Shown: piece after piece, positions 9,698 to 19,669 of the stretch
Position numbering within the stretch: position 1 is the first letter of the stretch
Layout of the letters: each line of letters begins with the position of its first letter
Source: Escherichia phage vB-Eco-KMB23
Length of the DNA: 64,000 nucleotides
Sequence record: OR525702.1
Strand: one strand, 5' to 3'
The notes under the pieces: model-generated
Told to the model about the DNA's origin: nothing
The model's input: the letters and a program-made list of their open reading frames with translations, nothing else
The model's database searches: none
Program-made: the position numbers and the translations under genes

Positions 9698-11511
9698 TGG
9701 TGTTTAACCCTATGCATGATTTCTTTATTTTTACCGAGATTAAATCCGCGCTCGTTCGGATTTCCCAAATAACCACATGTTCTTCTTATTGTATTCATCT
9801 TTTTAGGATCAGTTTCTCCACAAATAGAACAAACAAATCCGTTTTCAGTAGGAGTCATTTCATGGGTACTTCCGCATGTAAAACACTTATCTACTGGCAT
9901 ATTAACACCAAAATAATCTAAATGCTGTGCAGCATAATCCCATACGGCCTCAAGGCCTTTCAAGTTATTTTTCATATCAGGAAGTTCAACATAAGAAATG
10001 TGACCACCTGTCGCAATGAAATGATATGGCGCTTCACGAGAAATCTTTTCAAACGGAGTAACATTTTCTTCTACTGAAACGTGGAAACTGTTAGTGTACC
10101 AGCCTTTATCAGTAACATCCTTTACACTTCCATATTTTTCTGTATCGAGTTTACAGAAGCGATAACAAAGGTTTTCAGCAGGAGTAGAATACAAGCTAAA
10201 AGCAAATCCGGTTCTTTCAGTCCACTGTTTAAGACGAGCATTCATTTTAGTTAAAATTTCTTGCCCAATATCACGACCGACAAGAATATTCAATTCGTGA
10301 ATACCAATGTATCCTAAAGACACTGAACTTCTACCGTTTTTAAATAACTCAATTATGTCGTCATCAGGTTTAAGACGAACCCCGAATGCACCTTCTTGGT
10401 AAAGAATAGGAGCAACAGTCGCTTTAACTCCTTTTAAGGAACTAATTCTACACATCAAAGCTTCAAAACATAAATCCATTCGCTCATTGAACAATTCAGT
10501 AAATTTCTGTTCATTGAACTGTGTTCCAATATAAGAATCTAATGCGATACGAGGAAGATTCAGTGTTACAACACCGAGATTATTACGTCCATCAAGAATT
10601 TCATTGCCAGTCGAATCTTTCCATACACTCAAGAAACTGCGGCAACCCATTGGAGAAACAGGAATAGATGAACCAGTGATAGCTTTATTGTTCTTAGCTG
10701 AAATAATATCAGGATACATCCTTTTGCTTGCACACTCTAGAGCAAGCTGCTTAATATCATAGTTCGGATCATCTTTATAAAGATTAACACCTTCTTCGAC
10801 GAACATAACAAGCTTAGGGAAAATAGGAGTTATCCCATCACGACCAAGACCTTTAATACGATTTTTCAGAATTGCTTTCTGAATCATTCGTTCAGTCCAG
10901 TCAGTTCCCGTACCAAATGTAATTGTTACAAAAGGCGTTTGTCCGTTTGAACTAAAGAGAGTATTTACTTCATATTCATAAGCTTGGAATGCATCGTATA
11001 CGTCTTTTTCTGTTTTAGATTGAGCATAATTCAACGCATCAGCGATTTGCCATTTTTCTGCATCCTCAATATGTTTTGCATATGTGCGTTTAACATAAGG
11101 AGAAAGTACTTTATCTACATTCGCAAAAGTCGTTCCGCCATATTGATGGGAAGCAACCTGTGCAGTAATTTGTGCCATAATTGCAGTAGCAACACCGATT
11201 GATTTAGGAGTTTCAATCTGCGCATTACCAAGCTTAAATCCGTTCTCAAGCATTCCTTTTAAATCTACTAAACAACAATTAGTAAATGGAAGAGCAGGGG
11301 AATAATCAATATCATGGAAATGAATAATTCCGCTTTCATGCGCTTTCATAATAAAAGACGGGACCATATTTTTGGCAATGTGTTTAGACACAATACCAGC
11401 CATAAGGTCCCGTTGAGTTGGAAAAACACGAGAATCTTTATTAGCATTCTCGTTCAAAAGGTCTTTATTAGTTTTATGAATCAATCCTTCAATTTCTTTT
11501 TCAATTGTCAT
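9694..11511 (-). CDS. nrdD: Anaerobic ribonucleoside-triphosphate reductase, intronless
   Basis: 605 aa continuous ORF; C-terminal Cys cluster and glycyl-radical tail RRTCGYLG. Confidence 0.9.
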   Translation of the reverse strand: MTIEKEIEGLIHKTNKDLLNENANKDSRVFPTQRDLMAGIVSKHIAKNMVPSFIMKAHESGIIHFHDIDYSPALPFTNCCLVDLKGMLENGFKLGNAQIETPKSIGVATAIMAQITAQVASHQYGGTTFANVDKVLSPYVKRTYAKHIEDAEKWQIADALNYAQSKTEKDVYDAFQAYEYEVNTLFSSNGQTPFVTITFGTGTDWTERMIQKAILKNRIKGLGRDGITPIFPKLVMFVEEGVNLYKDDPNYDIKQLALECASKRMYPDIISAKNNKAITGSSIPVSPMGCRSFLSVWKDSTGNEILDGRNNLGVVTLNLPRIALDSYIGTQFNEQKFTELFNERMDLCFEALMCRISSLKGVKATVAPILYQEGAFGVRLKPDDDIIELFKNGRSSVSLGYIGIHELNILVGRDIGQEILTKMNARLKQWTERTGFAFSLYSTPAENLCYRFCKLDTEKYGSVKDVTDKGWYTNSFHVSVEENVTPFEKISREAPYHFIATGGHISYVELPDMKNNLKGLEAVWDYAAQHLDYFGVNMPVDKCFTCGSTHEMTPTENGFVCSICGETDPKKMNTIRRTCGYLGNPNERGFNLGKNKEIMHRVKHQ

Positions 11512-11981
11512 TTTAAACTCTTTCTAAGCTGCTTCTTAAATGAAGCTATTAACTGTGTTTTAGTGTCAGATTCATTATATTCAAATCCTCTTTGAAGCAT
11601 CTCAGCCATCATTTCCTCTTTTCCTAAACGAGAAAATTCCTTTGATTTATCTCCAATAAAGTTAGGGTGAATATTATTTTGGGTGTAATCAGATTTTAAA
11701 TAAGTAAGTAAATTTTCTAACCATTCAAGATAATCAACACCTTGTCCCTTTAAGCCAGAACGATTAAATTTATGCTTCATTTGACCTTCTGCGGCATTGC
11801 AGAGATTACAAAGCAATCCACGTACCTTTCCTGCTTTTGGTCCATTTAATTCATGGTCATGGTCGAGGTGATTAGCTTGAACATCAGGATTTAGTTCTCG
11901 TTGGCAAATTAAGCATTTACCATTTTGTGCATCATAAAATTTCTGTTTTTCTTCTTTGTATAATTTGCCAGTCAATAACAT
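11508..11981 (-). CDS. 49: Endonuclease VII (Holliday junction resolvase)
   Basis: 157 aa; MLLTGKLYKEEKQKFYDAQNGKCLICQRELN...HLDHDHELNG matches T4 gp49. Confidence 0.9.
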   Translation of the reverse strand: MLLTGKLYKEEKQKFYDAQNGKCLICQRELNPDVQANHLDHDHELNGPKAGKVRGLLCNLCNAAEGQMKHKFNRSGLKGQGVDYLEWLENLLTYLKSDYTQNNIHPNFIGDKSKEFSRLGKEEMMAEMLQRGFEYNESDTKTQLIASFKKQLRKSLK

Positions 11982-12022
11982 AATAAACCCTTACCTTAAA
12001 TAGATAAGGGTATTTATTATTT

Positions 12023-12508
12023 TCAAGTATTGTAAAACATTTGATTCAATCGCTTATATTGCCGAATCTTTTGGTCAGAAAAAGAAATTTGGGTTTCAAG
12101 CCATTCAATATATTCTGCCGCAGCTTGCATCAAATTTCCTTCATAGCCATCGTTATTTTCTTGTGCAGCTAATTTAGCTAATGCGTATGAAATACGTTCA
12201 CCTTGAAAATCGGCTTTAGGCTTCTGAACAACTTGATTAGTTCGCTCTACAACTTCTTCAATTTCGCCATTTTCAATGGATTCAGTATTCCACAAGCACC
12301 AATACGTAATTGGCTTATCATAGATGTTAATAATCTTTCCGTCGGAAAGTTCAATTTCAATAATTCCAGTATCAGGCTCTATATCATCTTCACATTCTTT
12401 TGCAAGTTCACGAACTTTAAAGACAGTACCTGCACTAAGTTCCGGCCAGTAATTACACAGCCCTTTATCAGCACGATTAATTCTAAACCACTTATCTACT
12501 GCAATCAT
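12023..12508 (-). CDS. pin: Candidate protease inhibitor Pin (161 aa)
   Basis: Length and position between 49 and nrdC consistent with T4 pin; sequence identity not verified from memory. Confidence 0.5.
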   Translation of the reverse strand: MIAVDKWFRINRADKGLCNYWPELSAGTVFKVRELAKECEDDIEPDTGIIEIELSDGKIINIYDKPITYWCLWNTESIENGEIEEVVERTNQVVQKPKADFQGERISYALAKLAAQENNDGYEGNLMQAAAEYIEWLETQISFSDQKIRQYKRLNQMFYNT

Positions 12509-12632
12509 ACCCCCATCTCCATATCAATTAAGTCATTTATCGTCGGTTCATTATATACTGTTTCTTCATCAGTGTAAACCGGTTCTTCCGGCTCTGGCTC
12601 TACTGTTTCCCATCTAGCCGCCCACCAAGGTT

Positions 12633-12953
12633 TTATAGCGTAATCCATTCTCGTACTGTCTGAGTTACTACACGTTCACGGGGCTCGACTAGTTCAACAG
12701 TCGGAACTGCATAATACCAGTCAGAATGGTAAGAACCTGAGCGAGATTCATTTACAGACACATGAACGTTATGTTTTGGACTAAAATAAACACACTGACG
12801 ATATTGGCATTTACCATCTTGCACCCAGTCTTCTATTTCGATAGGTTTAAGATAATCCGAAAAATCGAAATCATAATTTTCTGAAAATGCATCATGGTCT
12901 TCGATGATTTCGCTCAGAACTGCATCAACATCTAATTTATTTTCAATATTCAT
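12633..12953 (-). CDS. Hypothetical protein, 106 aa
   Basis: ORF track. Confidence 0.5.
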   Translation of the reverse strand: MNIENKLDVDAVLSEIIEDHDAFSENYDFDFSDYLKPIEIEDWVQDGKCQYRQCVYFSPKHNVHVSVNESRSGSYHSDWYYAVPTVELVEPRERVVTQTVREWITL

Positions 12954-12963
12954 TTTTCACCAA

Positions 12964-13173
12964 TTAATTTCGCAATTTATTAAGTTCTTCATAATCAATC
13001 CAGGATTCTAGTCCTGATGGCAAATCAGATTCAATTTCCCAAAGAAGCTCTTCAATTTTCTGAAGACGATCTAATTCTTCGGCTGGAATAGTAACCATTG
13101 ACGGAGTTCTTGATACACTAATATCGTAGATCATATTTACCCCAGTTTGACCATGCAATCGCCATATTTCCAT
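12964..13173 (-). CDS. Hypothetical protein, 69 aa
   Basis: ORF track. Confidence 0.4.
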   Translation of the reverse strand: MEIWRLHGQTGVNMIYDISVSRTPSMVTIPAEELDRLQKIEELLWEIESDLPSGLESWIDYEELNKLRN

Positions 13174-13352
13174 TTAGAAATAGACTTTTCACCGTTAGAA
13201 TAATAAACTTCGAGTTTAGCACGATTATTTTTAATTTGAATAACCTTTGCTGTCATCAAAGTTCCATACCCGTAATAAACTGCAACCTCATCACCTACAT
13301 ATACCGCGCTTCCGCGGTAGTCATGGATATAATCAGTTCCTTCGAGCATCAT
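13137..13352 (-). CDS. Hypothetical protein, 71 aa
   Basis: ORF track; 4-nt overlap with nrdC stop. Confidence 0.45.
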   Translation of the reverse strand: MMLEGTDYIHDYRGSAVYVGDEVAVYYGYGTLMTAKVIQIKNNRAKLEVYYSNGEKSISKWKYGDCMVKLG

Positions 13353-13612
13353 TTAAAGTATTCCCGCAATTGGTCAAATCCACCAATATGACTTCCATCA
13401 GGAGCAAATACTTGTGGCATTGTCAAACCAATTTGAGTATCACGACCTAGTTTCGTCAGAAGCTCAGCGATTTTCTCATCATCAAAAACACCTTTTTCCG
13501 GCATAATGTTGATAAATTCAAACGGCTGTTTCTTCACGGTCAAAAGACGTTTTGCATTATCACAATACACACATTTGTGGATGTTGCTATCATAACCATA
13601 TACTTTAAACAT
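13349..13612 (-). CDS. nrdC: Thioredoxin/glutaredoxin
   Basis: 87 aa; MFKVYGYDSNIHKCVYCDNAKRLL with CVYC active site, matching T4 thioredoxin. Confidence 0.9.
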   Translation of the reverse strand: MFKVYGYDSNIHKCVYCDNAKRLLTVKKQPFEFINIMPEKGVFDDEKIAELLTKLGRDTQIGLTMPQVFAPDGSHIGGFDQLREYFK

Positions 13613-13613
13613 A

Positions 13614-13856
13614 TTATTCCTTAATTCCTAGTACTTGTTTAAAAGTCTCGTCGTAATCAAGACTTTGGCCCGTTTGTTCTTTATGTTTGTATATAATATC
13701 ACTTACTTCTGATAGCATATTTTTATATGAACGAGTTAAAGCAGATTTAAGCACGCTATATCTATCAGGAAATTTACCGTGTTCATTATAATACGCTATT
13801 GCTAATTCACGGACTGCCTTTTCAGCAGTCTCCATATATTCTTTACGCTTTGTCAT
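13614..13856 (-). CDS. Hypothetical protein (start adjusted to [13 protein letters not shown])
   Basis: ORF track gives 13614..13991, but that extension overlaps the upstream gene by 134 nt; an internal Met gives a tidy junction. Confidence 0.45.
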
Positions 13857-13857
13857 T

Positions 13858-14247
13858 TTAATCCAAAATATTATTAGGCATTGGTTGAACACTCGCAAGT
13901 TCTTTAAAGAACTCAGTAGAGTCAGGTAATTTAACCATTTCAGGAGCATGCTTACTAAATTTATGTTTGCAATGACGGCATTTATATTCAAGTTCCGGTT
14001 TACGCCAGTTAATCAATTGAACTTGTTCAGTACCGCATTCAGGACAATTAGGAACGTTTTTAGAAGCCCTTTCGCGACGTTCAACCATAACCATAATAGC
14101 ATCCCAGGCTGGAGGTTTAAAATCTAAATCGTCGCAGCCGTGAATCTTTCCACGCATTTCCATATCATCTTCCTCACCAGCCATAATAATTTTAATTAAA
14201 CTGGAATTACTTGAAGCTGCAATGTCTTCTAATAAACGCTTTTTCAT
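13858..14247 (-). CDS. Hypothetical zinc-ribbon protein, 129 aa
   Basis: CPECG...CRHCKHKF Cys4 motif. Confidence 0.5.
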
Positions 14248-15173
14248 TTCAATACCTCAATAGCATTACGTAAACCATTTGCTTTTGCATTAAGAGCTTT
14301 TAACAATTTGGTGTGTTCTGCAATTTGGGCTTCAACTTCAATCAAACGGGCATTGAGATATTCACGTTCTTCACTCAGATTATCAACCTTTTCTACTTTA
14401 GGCTCTTTTACAACTGTCTTATATGTATTAGGGTTCTTCAGTTTAATTAGAATGCGTGAACTGTATAACATTGAACCATTATCTTCGGTTTCGTCATACA
14501 TTTCCACTACGTCCATAATTTTTAACATCATGCGGAGTTTATAAGACAACGAACGAATAGTTTTGTTGTGCTTATTAATTTCTTTAGCTGTCATGGTGCC
14601 AAGATTACGTGAGTAATAATAAGGAACCTGGATATTAATTAATACTGATGAACCACCTGGCTTATGTGTTACTTCATCAGCAATAACCCAGTCCTTAACA
14701 TGAACTGTATTTGTACGGTCATCGCCTGCAGTAAACAGCTTGCGAGCATGCTTAAAAAGCATATTCACTTGGTCATTGAATTGACAAGCAAATTTATCAG
14801 CAAATTTAGTTTCAGGAATGGTAGATAACCAATCAGCCAAATGGGTCTTTTTAACATCGTTAACAATAGTAAATTCAACCAAATCAGTTATAGATGTCGC
14901 AGATTTAATGAAGCTCGGCTTCATAAAGTTTTTAATGTTATCACGAGCTACAGTAGAAGATAACATACGAGAACGTTTAAACCATTCAAGCAAATTGCCT
15001 AACGAATGAGAATAAGCGTTTTGAGTATCTTTACAGATATGATTTTCCTGACCAACATATTGAAGGAAATCACGAAGAATATTATTGATTACTGCTCTGT
15101 GCCCGATCTGATAATTACGGTGTTTAGTAATAAGACTGTCAAAATAATCAATATAATGTTTACGAGTTTTCAT
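14244..15173 (-). CDS. Hypothetical protein with C-terminal coiled coil, 309 aa
   Basis: ORF track; C-terminal heptad region [42 protein letters not shown]. Confidence 0.6.
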   Translation of the reverse strand: MKTRKHYIDYFDSLITKHRNYQIGHRAVINNILRDFLQYVGQENHICKDTQNAYSHSLGNLLEWFKRSRMLSSTVARDNIKNFMKPSFIKSATSITDLVEFTIVNDVKKTHLADWLSTIPETKFADKFACQFNDQVNMLFKHARKLFTAGDDRTNTVHVKDWVIADEVTHKPGGSSVLINIQVPYYYSRNLGTMTAKEINKHNKTIRSLSYKLRMMLKIMDVVEMYDETEDNGSMLYSSRILIKLKNPNTYKTVVKEPKVEKVDNLSEEREYLNARLIEVEAQIAEHTKLLKALNAKANGLRNAIEVLK

Positions 15174-15225
15174 GTTCTTCTCACTTGGTTAATGATTTAT
15201 ACTCCGAGCCATCCTTGGCTTTAAA

Positions 15226-16278
15226 TTACTTAATTAACTGTAAAGCTTGTTCTAGACGATCAAGACGATTAACAGATTCTTCCCAAATCCTTTTAGCCTG
15301 CTCATATTCTTTCTGCGCTTTATTAGAAATTTCTAGAACTTCTTTATAAGCTTTTTCTAGTGCAATAACTTCTGGACGAATTTCTACCGGTTCAGGTGAA
15401 TCATCAAGATTATCCATTAGTTCCTCAAGGGTAGTTTCTTCTTTAGGAGTATTCACAATTTCATCACATTTTTGTTGATAAATTTCTTTATCAGTCGGTG
15501 AGTACGCGCACTTTAATTCACGAAGGCTAATTACAATTTTATATCCTTCCCAACCGCATATATTCTTAAAAGGATATGTATGAATATTTTCTACTGTTTC
15601 CATACAAAGTAATGCAGTCTCTAACTGACGAGTTATAGTGCTAGCAATTGAGAAAAATTTATTAATATTCTTTTGGCTAGCGTTTGGTGTAAAAAATCCA
15701 TAATTCACAAAAATAGCTACTTTATTTTCATCAAGCTCATATTCTTTTACGATAATCATATCAGAAGCCAAAGGATGAATTTGACGATAATCGCCATAAC
15801 ATAATTTAGAAGCTGATTTTAGAATTTGTCCTTTGAAAAGTTTGAAATTACTAATCCAACGACGAGTAAAAATATTCTCAGGGTCTTCTTTATTATTAAG
15901 ATGATAAGAATTAACATCACCGAACCAATTATATCCTACTACATCTTTAGTTCGTTTAATTTCTTTCCCAAAATTACCAAGAATATCCCGATTAACCAAA
16001 TATGAAAGAAGACGAGACTCTTTAAAGGTTTTCTTGATAACATCTTTATCTACACGGCTAGAAATTTTACGAATTTCATGAATAAATTTAGTAGAAGAAA
16101 CAATACTTGCATCAACACTATTGAGCCATTGATTGATAATAGAAAGAACGATATTTTGACCAAACATCGGTATAGCTTTATCATCAATAACGCTATTGAA
16201 TGATTTGATATATTCGTTACGAGTCATAATAATCTCCTCAGTAGAAAGTAAGAACATTATACCACATCCTTGTGGCAA
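15226..16278 (-). CDS. Hypothetical protein with C-terminal coiled coil (probable start at MTRNEYIKSF, about 16227)
   Basis: ORF track; C-terminal heptad region KAYKEVLEISNKAQKEYEQAKRIWEESVNRLDRLEQALQLIK. Confidence 0.6.
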   Translation of the reverse strand: MPQGCGIMFLLSTEEIIMTRNEYIKSFNSVIDDKAIPMFGQNIVLSIINQWLNSVDASIVSSTKFIHEIRKISSRVDKDVIKKTFKESRLLSYLVNRDILGNFGKEIKRTKDVVGYNWFGDVNSYHLNNKEDPENIFTRRWISNFKLFKGQILKSASKLCYGDYRQIHPLASDMIIVKEYELDENKVAIFVNYGFFTPNASQKNINKFFSIASTITRQLETALLCMETVENIHTYPFKNICGWEGYKIVISLRELKCAYSPTDKEIYQQKCDEIVNTPKEETTLEELMDNLDDSPEPVEIRPEVIALEKAYKEVLEISNKAQKEYEQAKRIWEESVNRLDRLEQALQLIK

Positions 16279-16284
16279 TGTAAA

Positions 16285-17310
16285 CTAGTTCAGTGCATTT
16301 AGTGCATTGTTCAGTTTAGAACGTTGCTTCGTAAGATTTTTGACTTTTTCTTGAGCTTTTTCCAACATCTTTTCAGCTTCTAGCACTTCATTAGTTGCTT
16401 TAACGAGTTCATCATCTACTGCCTTGATAGACTTCTCAATCGCATCTGCATGCCATTTTTCAACAGGTTTAAGACTCGGATTTTCAATAGGAAGAAAATT
16501 CACTTTATTAAATTTCCATGCATCTTTATTACCTGAACTATACATCCAAAATTTAGGATCGTTTGATAAGTAATTGGATAAATTTAAATTTAAGTTATCT
16601 TGTACTTCCTGCTTTTTCTCTTGCGGGACTTCGTCCTTTCTCAAAAAATCATATTTAAATGAAACAACCATATCAAGTTCATATGTTGTTGTGTCTAATT
16701 TAAATCGTTCAAAACGAGGTAAAATCTTAGATTGAACAGCAGCAACAACATCCATATACTTAAATGCTTCTGTCAACTGTGATTTAAGGCATTCACAAAT
16801 TGAAAGAGAATTTTTAGTATTAGGCTTAAAGCTAATTCGTGCAGTTCTATTATTTTCCTTTAATGGTCTTACTTCCATCTGAAGAGTATAACCATCAAAT
16901 TTAAGATTCTTTAAGTTAATATCAGAACCTTTTAATCGACTAGCAGTAGACAAAATTTGCTTTAATTGTCTACGGAATAGAGCAATAAATCTCCATTCAA
17001 TACGATAATGATTTGGATTGAAAAATCCAGATGATAAATCGACCTTACTTTGACCAACGCCTTGAACAAATAGAGGATTTTTATAATCAATAGTTTTACA
17101 GAAATCGGTGAGTTGCTCACGAGCAGTCATTTGTGTAATATACCCAGCTTTACTAAAATGACGTAACCATTCACTGCTATTCATATATTTAAAGTGAATA
17201 TCACGATTAACTTTATCAAGGTCTAAATTATTTTGGCACAAAAATGTCATAACATCACGAGTATAGCTGGCATTACGAACCATATCTTCAATTTGAGAAC
17301 GAGTTTTCAT
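16285..17310 (-). CDS. Hypothetical protein with C-terminal coiled coil, 341 aa
   Basis: ORF track; C-terminal heptad region VKATNEVLEAEKMLEKAQEKVKNLTKQRSKLNNALNALN. Confidence 0.6.
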   Translation of the reverse strand: MKTRSQIEDMVRNASYTRDVMTFLCQNNLDLDKVNRDIHFKYMNSSEWLRHFSKAGYITQMTAREQLTDFCKTIDYKNPLFVQGVGQSKVDLSSGFFNPNHYRIEWRFIALFRRQLKQILSTASRLKGSDINLKNLKFDGYTLQMEVRPLKENNRTARISFKPNTKNSLSICECLKSQLTEAFKYMDVVAAVQSKILPRFERFKLDTTTYELDMVVSFKYDFLRKDEVPQEKKQEVQDNLNLNLSNYLSNDPKFWMYSSGNKDAWKFNKVNFLPIENPSLKPVEKWHADAIEKSIKAVDDELVKATNEVLEAEKMLEKAQEKVKNLTKQRSKLNNALNALN

Positions 17311-17318
17311 GGTGTTCC

Positions 17319-18221
17319 TTAAGATTTAAGTAAATCAACAATTTTAATTAATTTTTCACGCTCAGATTTAGCTTTACTACTCAATCCAGATAGTCTGAAA
17401 ATTTCATCGTCATACTGTTGAATAGAAATATTCAGCTCTTCAATTTGCTTATTAAAATAATCAATTTGTTCAGAATGTTTTTCGTTACTACGAACTGGTA
17501 CAGGTTTTGTAGGTAATTTAGATGAACTGGATTCATCCGGGCGATAAATTAAAATACAACTTGAACCAATCGGGCATTTTGCACCAGACGAATATTCTAA
17601 TGTTCCGGCTTCTTTTAAAACTTCAAAAGCTAAACAGAGATGATGCCCCATATTGACATAATCTGTAGAGTGAGCTCTGACGTAATAATCATCTCCACGA
17701 GTGCTAAATTTAAAGCATTTAAGGTCTTCTGTATTATTAGTTTTAAAAATCATTTGTTTATCTAGACCTTTAGCCAATCGAGCACCTAATGCTAATAATC
17801 GTCGTTGATTTTCCCACAAATCCGCAATCATTTGATCGAATGACAATTTCGGCATTAGTCGACCGTAAAGATCATAGCCTTTATTATAATTACGAAGAAT
17901 TTCACTCGCATTAATACGAGACAACGCTCCAATTTTATTAAGGGCTTTCATAATACGATTAGATAAACTCATTCCAGACTCGTTTGTTCGCTGTAAATGT
18001 TTTTCTAATCCAAATCCAATATCAACTTTAAACTTATCTAAAATTTCTGCATGAACATCTCTGTCAATAACATTCAAATCCAAAGTTGGGTTAAATCTAT
18101 GAAAAAATTTATCTGGCTCTCCACGACGAAGTACAGTCCATTCATTTAATTTTTTATTAACTAAAGATTTAATTACTGCATTGACATTATTAATTACTAC
18201 TGACATATTTTTCTCACTCAA
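17319..18221 (-). CDS. Hypothetical protein with C-terminal coiled coil, 300 aa
   Basis: ORF track; C-terminal heptad region NKQIEELNISIQQYDDEIFRLSGLSSKAKSEREKLIKIVDLLKS. Confidence 0.6.
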   Translation of the reverse strand: MSEKNMSVVINNVNAVIKSLVNKKLNEWTVLRRGEPDKFFHRFNPTLDLNVIDRDVHAEILDKFKVDIGFGLEKHLQRTNESGMSLSNRIMKALNKIGALSRINASEILRNYNKGYDLYGRLMPKLSFDQMIADLWENQRRLLALGARLAKGLDKQMIFKTNNTEDLKCFKFSTRGDDYYVRAHSTDYVNMGHHLCLAFEVLKEAGTLEYSSGAKCPIGSSCILIYRPDESSSSKLPTKPVPVRSNEKHSEQIDYFNKQIEELNISIQQYDDEIFRLSGLSSKAKSEREKLIKIVDLLKS

Positions 18222-18622
18222 TTTTCAATTTTACTAAATACACAGAATATGATGGAAAAGACTATATAAGCACCGCACACAGATTGAACTAATACCATTC
18301 CAAAGAACCAAACAATATTATCAAACAGTGTCTGTTTTACGTCGAAAGGACGTAAACTTACAGTAATATTATCACCTTTTTCTATTGAAGAATACATCTC
18401 TGGGGAAATATATTCACTAAATCTATAACCGTCTTTAAGTTCATATACGGCAATAAACGATAAACTAGACCCTTTTCCTTGTGTTCCTGTAATGGTATTA
18501 ACTACAGTAACATCATAATCTTTATAATGCATATAATCATTAATTGCGTAATAACCGTATGCAACTACTACACATAAACAACATATCAATAAATTCAATC
18601 TTTTAATTATCAACTGTTTCAT
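18218..18622 (-). CDS. Membrane protein, 134 aa
   Basis: N- and C-terminal hydrophobic helices (LICCLCVVVAYGYYAI; FGMVLVQSVCGAYIVFSIIFCVF). Confidence 0.55.
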   Translation of the reverse strand: MKQLIIKRLNLLICCLCVVVAYGYYAINDYMHYKDYDVTVVNTITGTQGKGSSLSFIAVYELKDGYRFSEYISPEMYSSIEKGDNITVSLRPFDVKQTLFDNIVWFFGMVLVQSVCGAYIVFSIIFCVFSKIEN

Positions 18623-18677
18623 AATAATCTCAATTAAAAGGGCTTAGAACCATTATACCATCCTTGGTATAAAGCGG

Positions 18678-19205
18678 TTATGCGAGTACCGTCTTTAACC
18701 GTTCTTCAAACTTCCGAAGAGTATTTTGGCGTTCAGCTCTTTGCTTTTTGTAAGTTTCAATACGCTCTGAAATGAGAGCGTATCGTTCATTTACTGATTC
18801 TTTCATAAAATCAGGAATTTCACGAGAAGCTTTAATCTCATCAAATTTATCAATAACAGCTTGCTCTTCAGCAATTAAGTTATCATACATTAAAATATCT
18901 TTCTTGATGAACTCAATATCTTCTTGAGTTACACGAGATAATTTAGATGCTTTATCCTTTTTGTACTGTTCGTTAGTATCACGAGACCAGTGTAATGTAC
19001 GATTTTTATTCGTATTTTTGTAAATTTCTACAATACCAATTTCATCAATAATAACGATCCAATTCCAACGGGATTTGTAAATTTGTCCTCCATCAACAGT
19101 GATTTCACCTCCGATTGAGATGTCATTAAAGAACTTACTCTGTGCTTCAGATTTAAATTTACCATCGTTGTAATTTACTAAGTTGAAAATATCTTTAGCG
19201 TTCAT
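18678..19205 (-). CDS. Hypothetical protein (start adjusted to MNAKDIFNLV)
   Basis: ORF-track start 19265 lies inside an early promoter; the internal ATG at 19203-19205 is preceded by a GGAGG RBS. Confidence 0.55.
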   Translation of the reverse strand: MNAKDIFNLVNYNDGKFKSEAQSKFFNDISIGGEITVDGGQIYKSRWNWIVIIDEIGIVEIYKNTNKNRTLHWSRDTNEQYKKDKASKLSRVTQEDIEFIKKDILMYDNLIAEEQAVIDKFDEIKASREIPDFMKESVNERYALISERIETYKKQRAERQNTLRKFEERLKTVLA

Positions 19206-19233
19206 TTTCTGTTCCTCCGTAGTTGATAGTTGT

Positions 19234-19263
19234 ATAGTACCACAGAGGAACAGTCTTGTAAAC
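19234..19263 (-). promoter_or_regulatory. T4-type early promoter
   Basis: Minus strand GTTTAC ... TACTAT; GGAGG RBS and ATG follow. Confidence 0.5.
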
Positions 19264-19265
19264 AA

Positions 19266-19580
19266 CTAAAAGAAACTTCTTTCACAATTTTTTCCACTGA
19301 ACCAAGCACTTACCGCTTTCTTAGTCTCAGGAGCAGTGTTATCCATAAACCATTCAAAGGCAGCCTTTTTATGATTCTGGAGGGCTTCTCGGGCTTTAAT
19401 CTGCTCACGGTCTATTAACACTAACATATGAGCCTTTCTTGTCACCAAGGGCTTCTTATGATTTTTTGAATACTCCCAGTCATTTGTCCATCGCATCGTT
19501 GTTGCGAACTGAAATACTGCTTCTTTAATTTTAGTTTCGTAAATTTCACGAGCCTTTGAGTATAACATCATTACCTCCAT
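19266..19580 (-). CDS. Hypothetical protein, 104 aa
   Basis: ORF track. Confidence 0.5.
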   Translation of the reverse strand: MEVMMLYSKAREIYETKIKEAVFQFATTMRWTNDWEYSKNHKKPLVTRKAHMLVLIDREQIKAREALQNHKKAAFEWFMDNTAPETKKAVSAWFSGKNCERSFF

Positions 19581-19669
19581 TTACCAGTTTAATTCTAGTC
19601 ATCTTTTTGATGGCAGTCCATATAATCTATTTCTGAACTGCCTTTTTATCTTAGAAGGCCTCTTATGAA

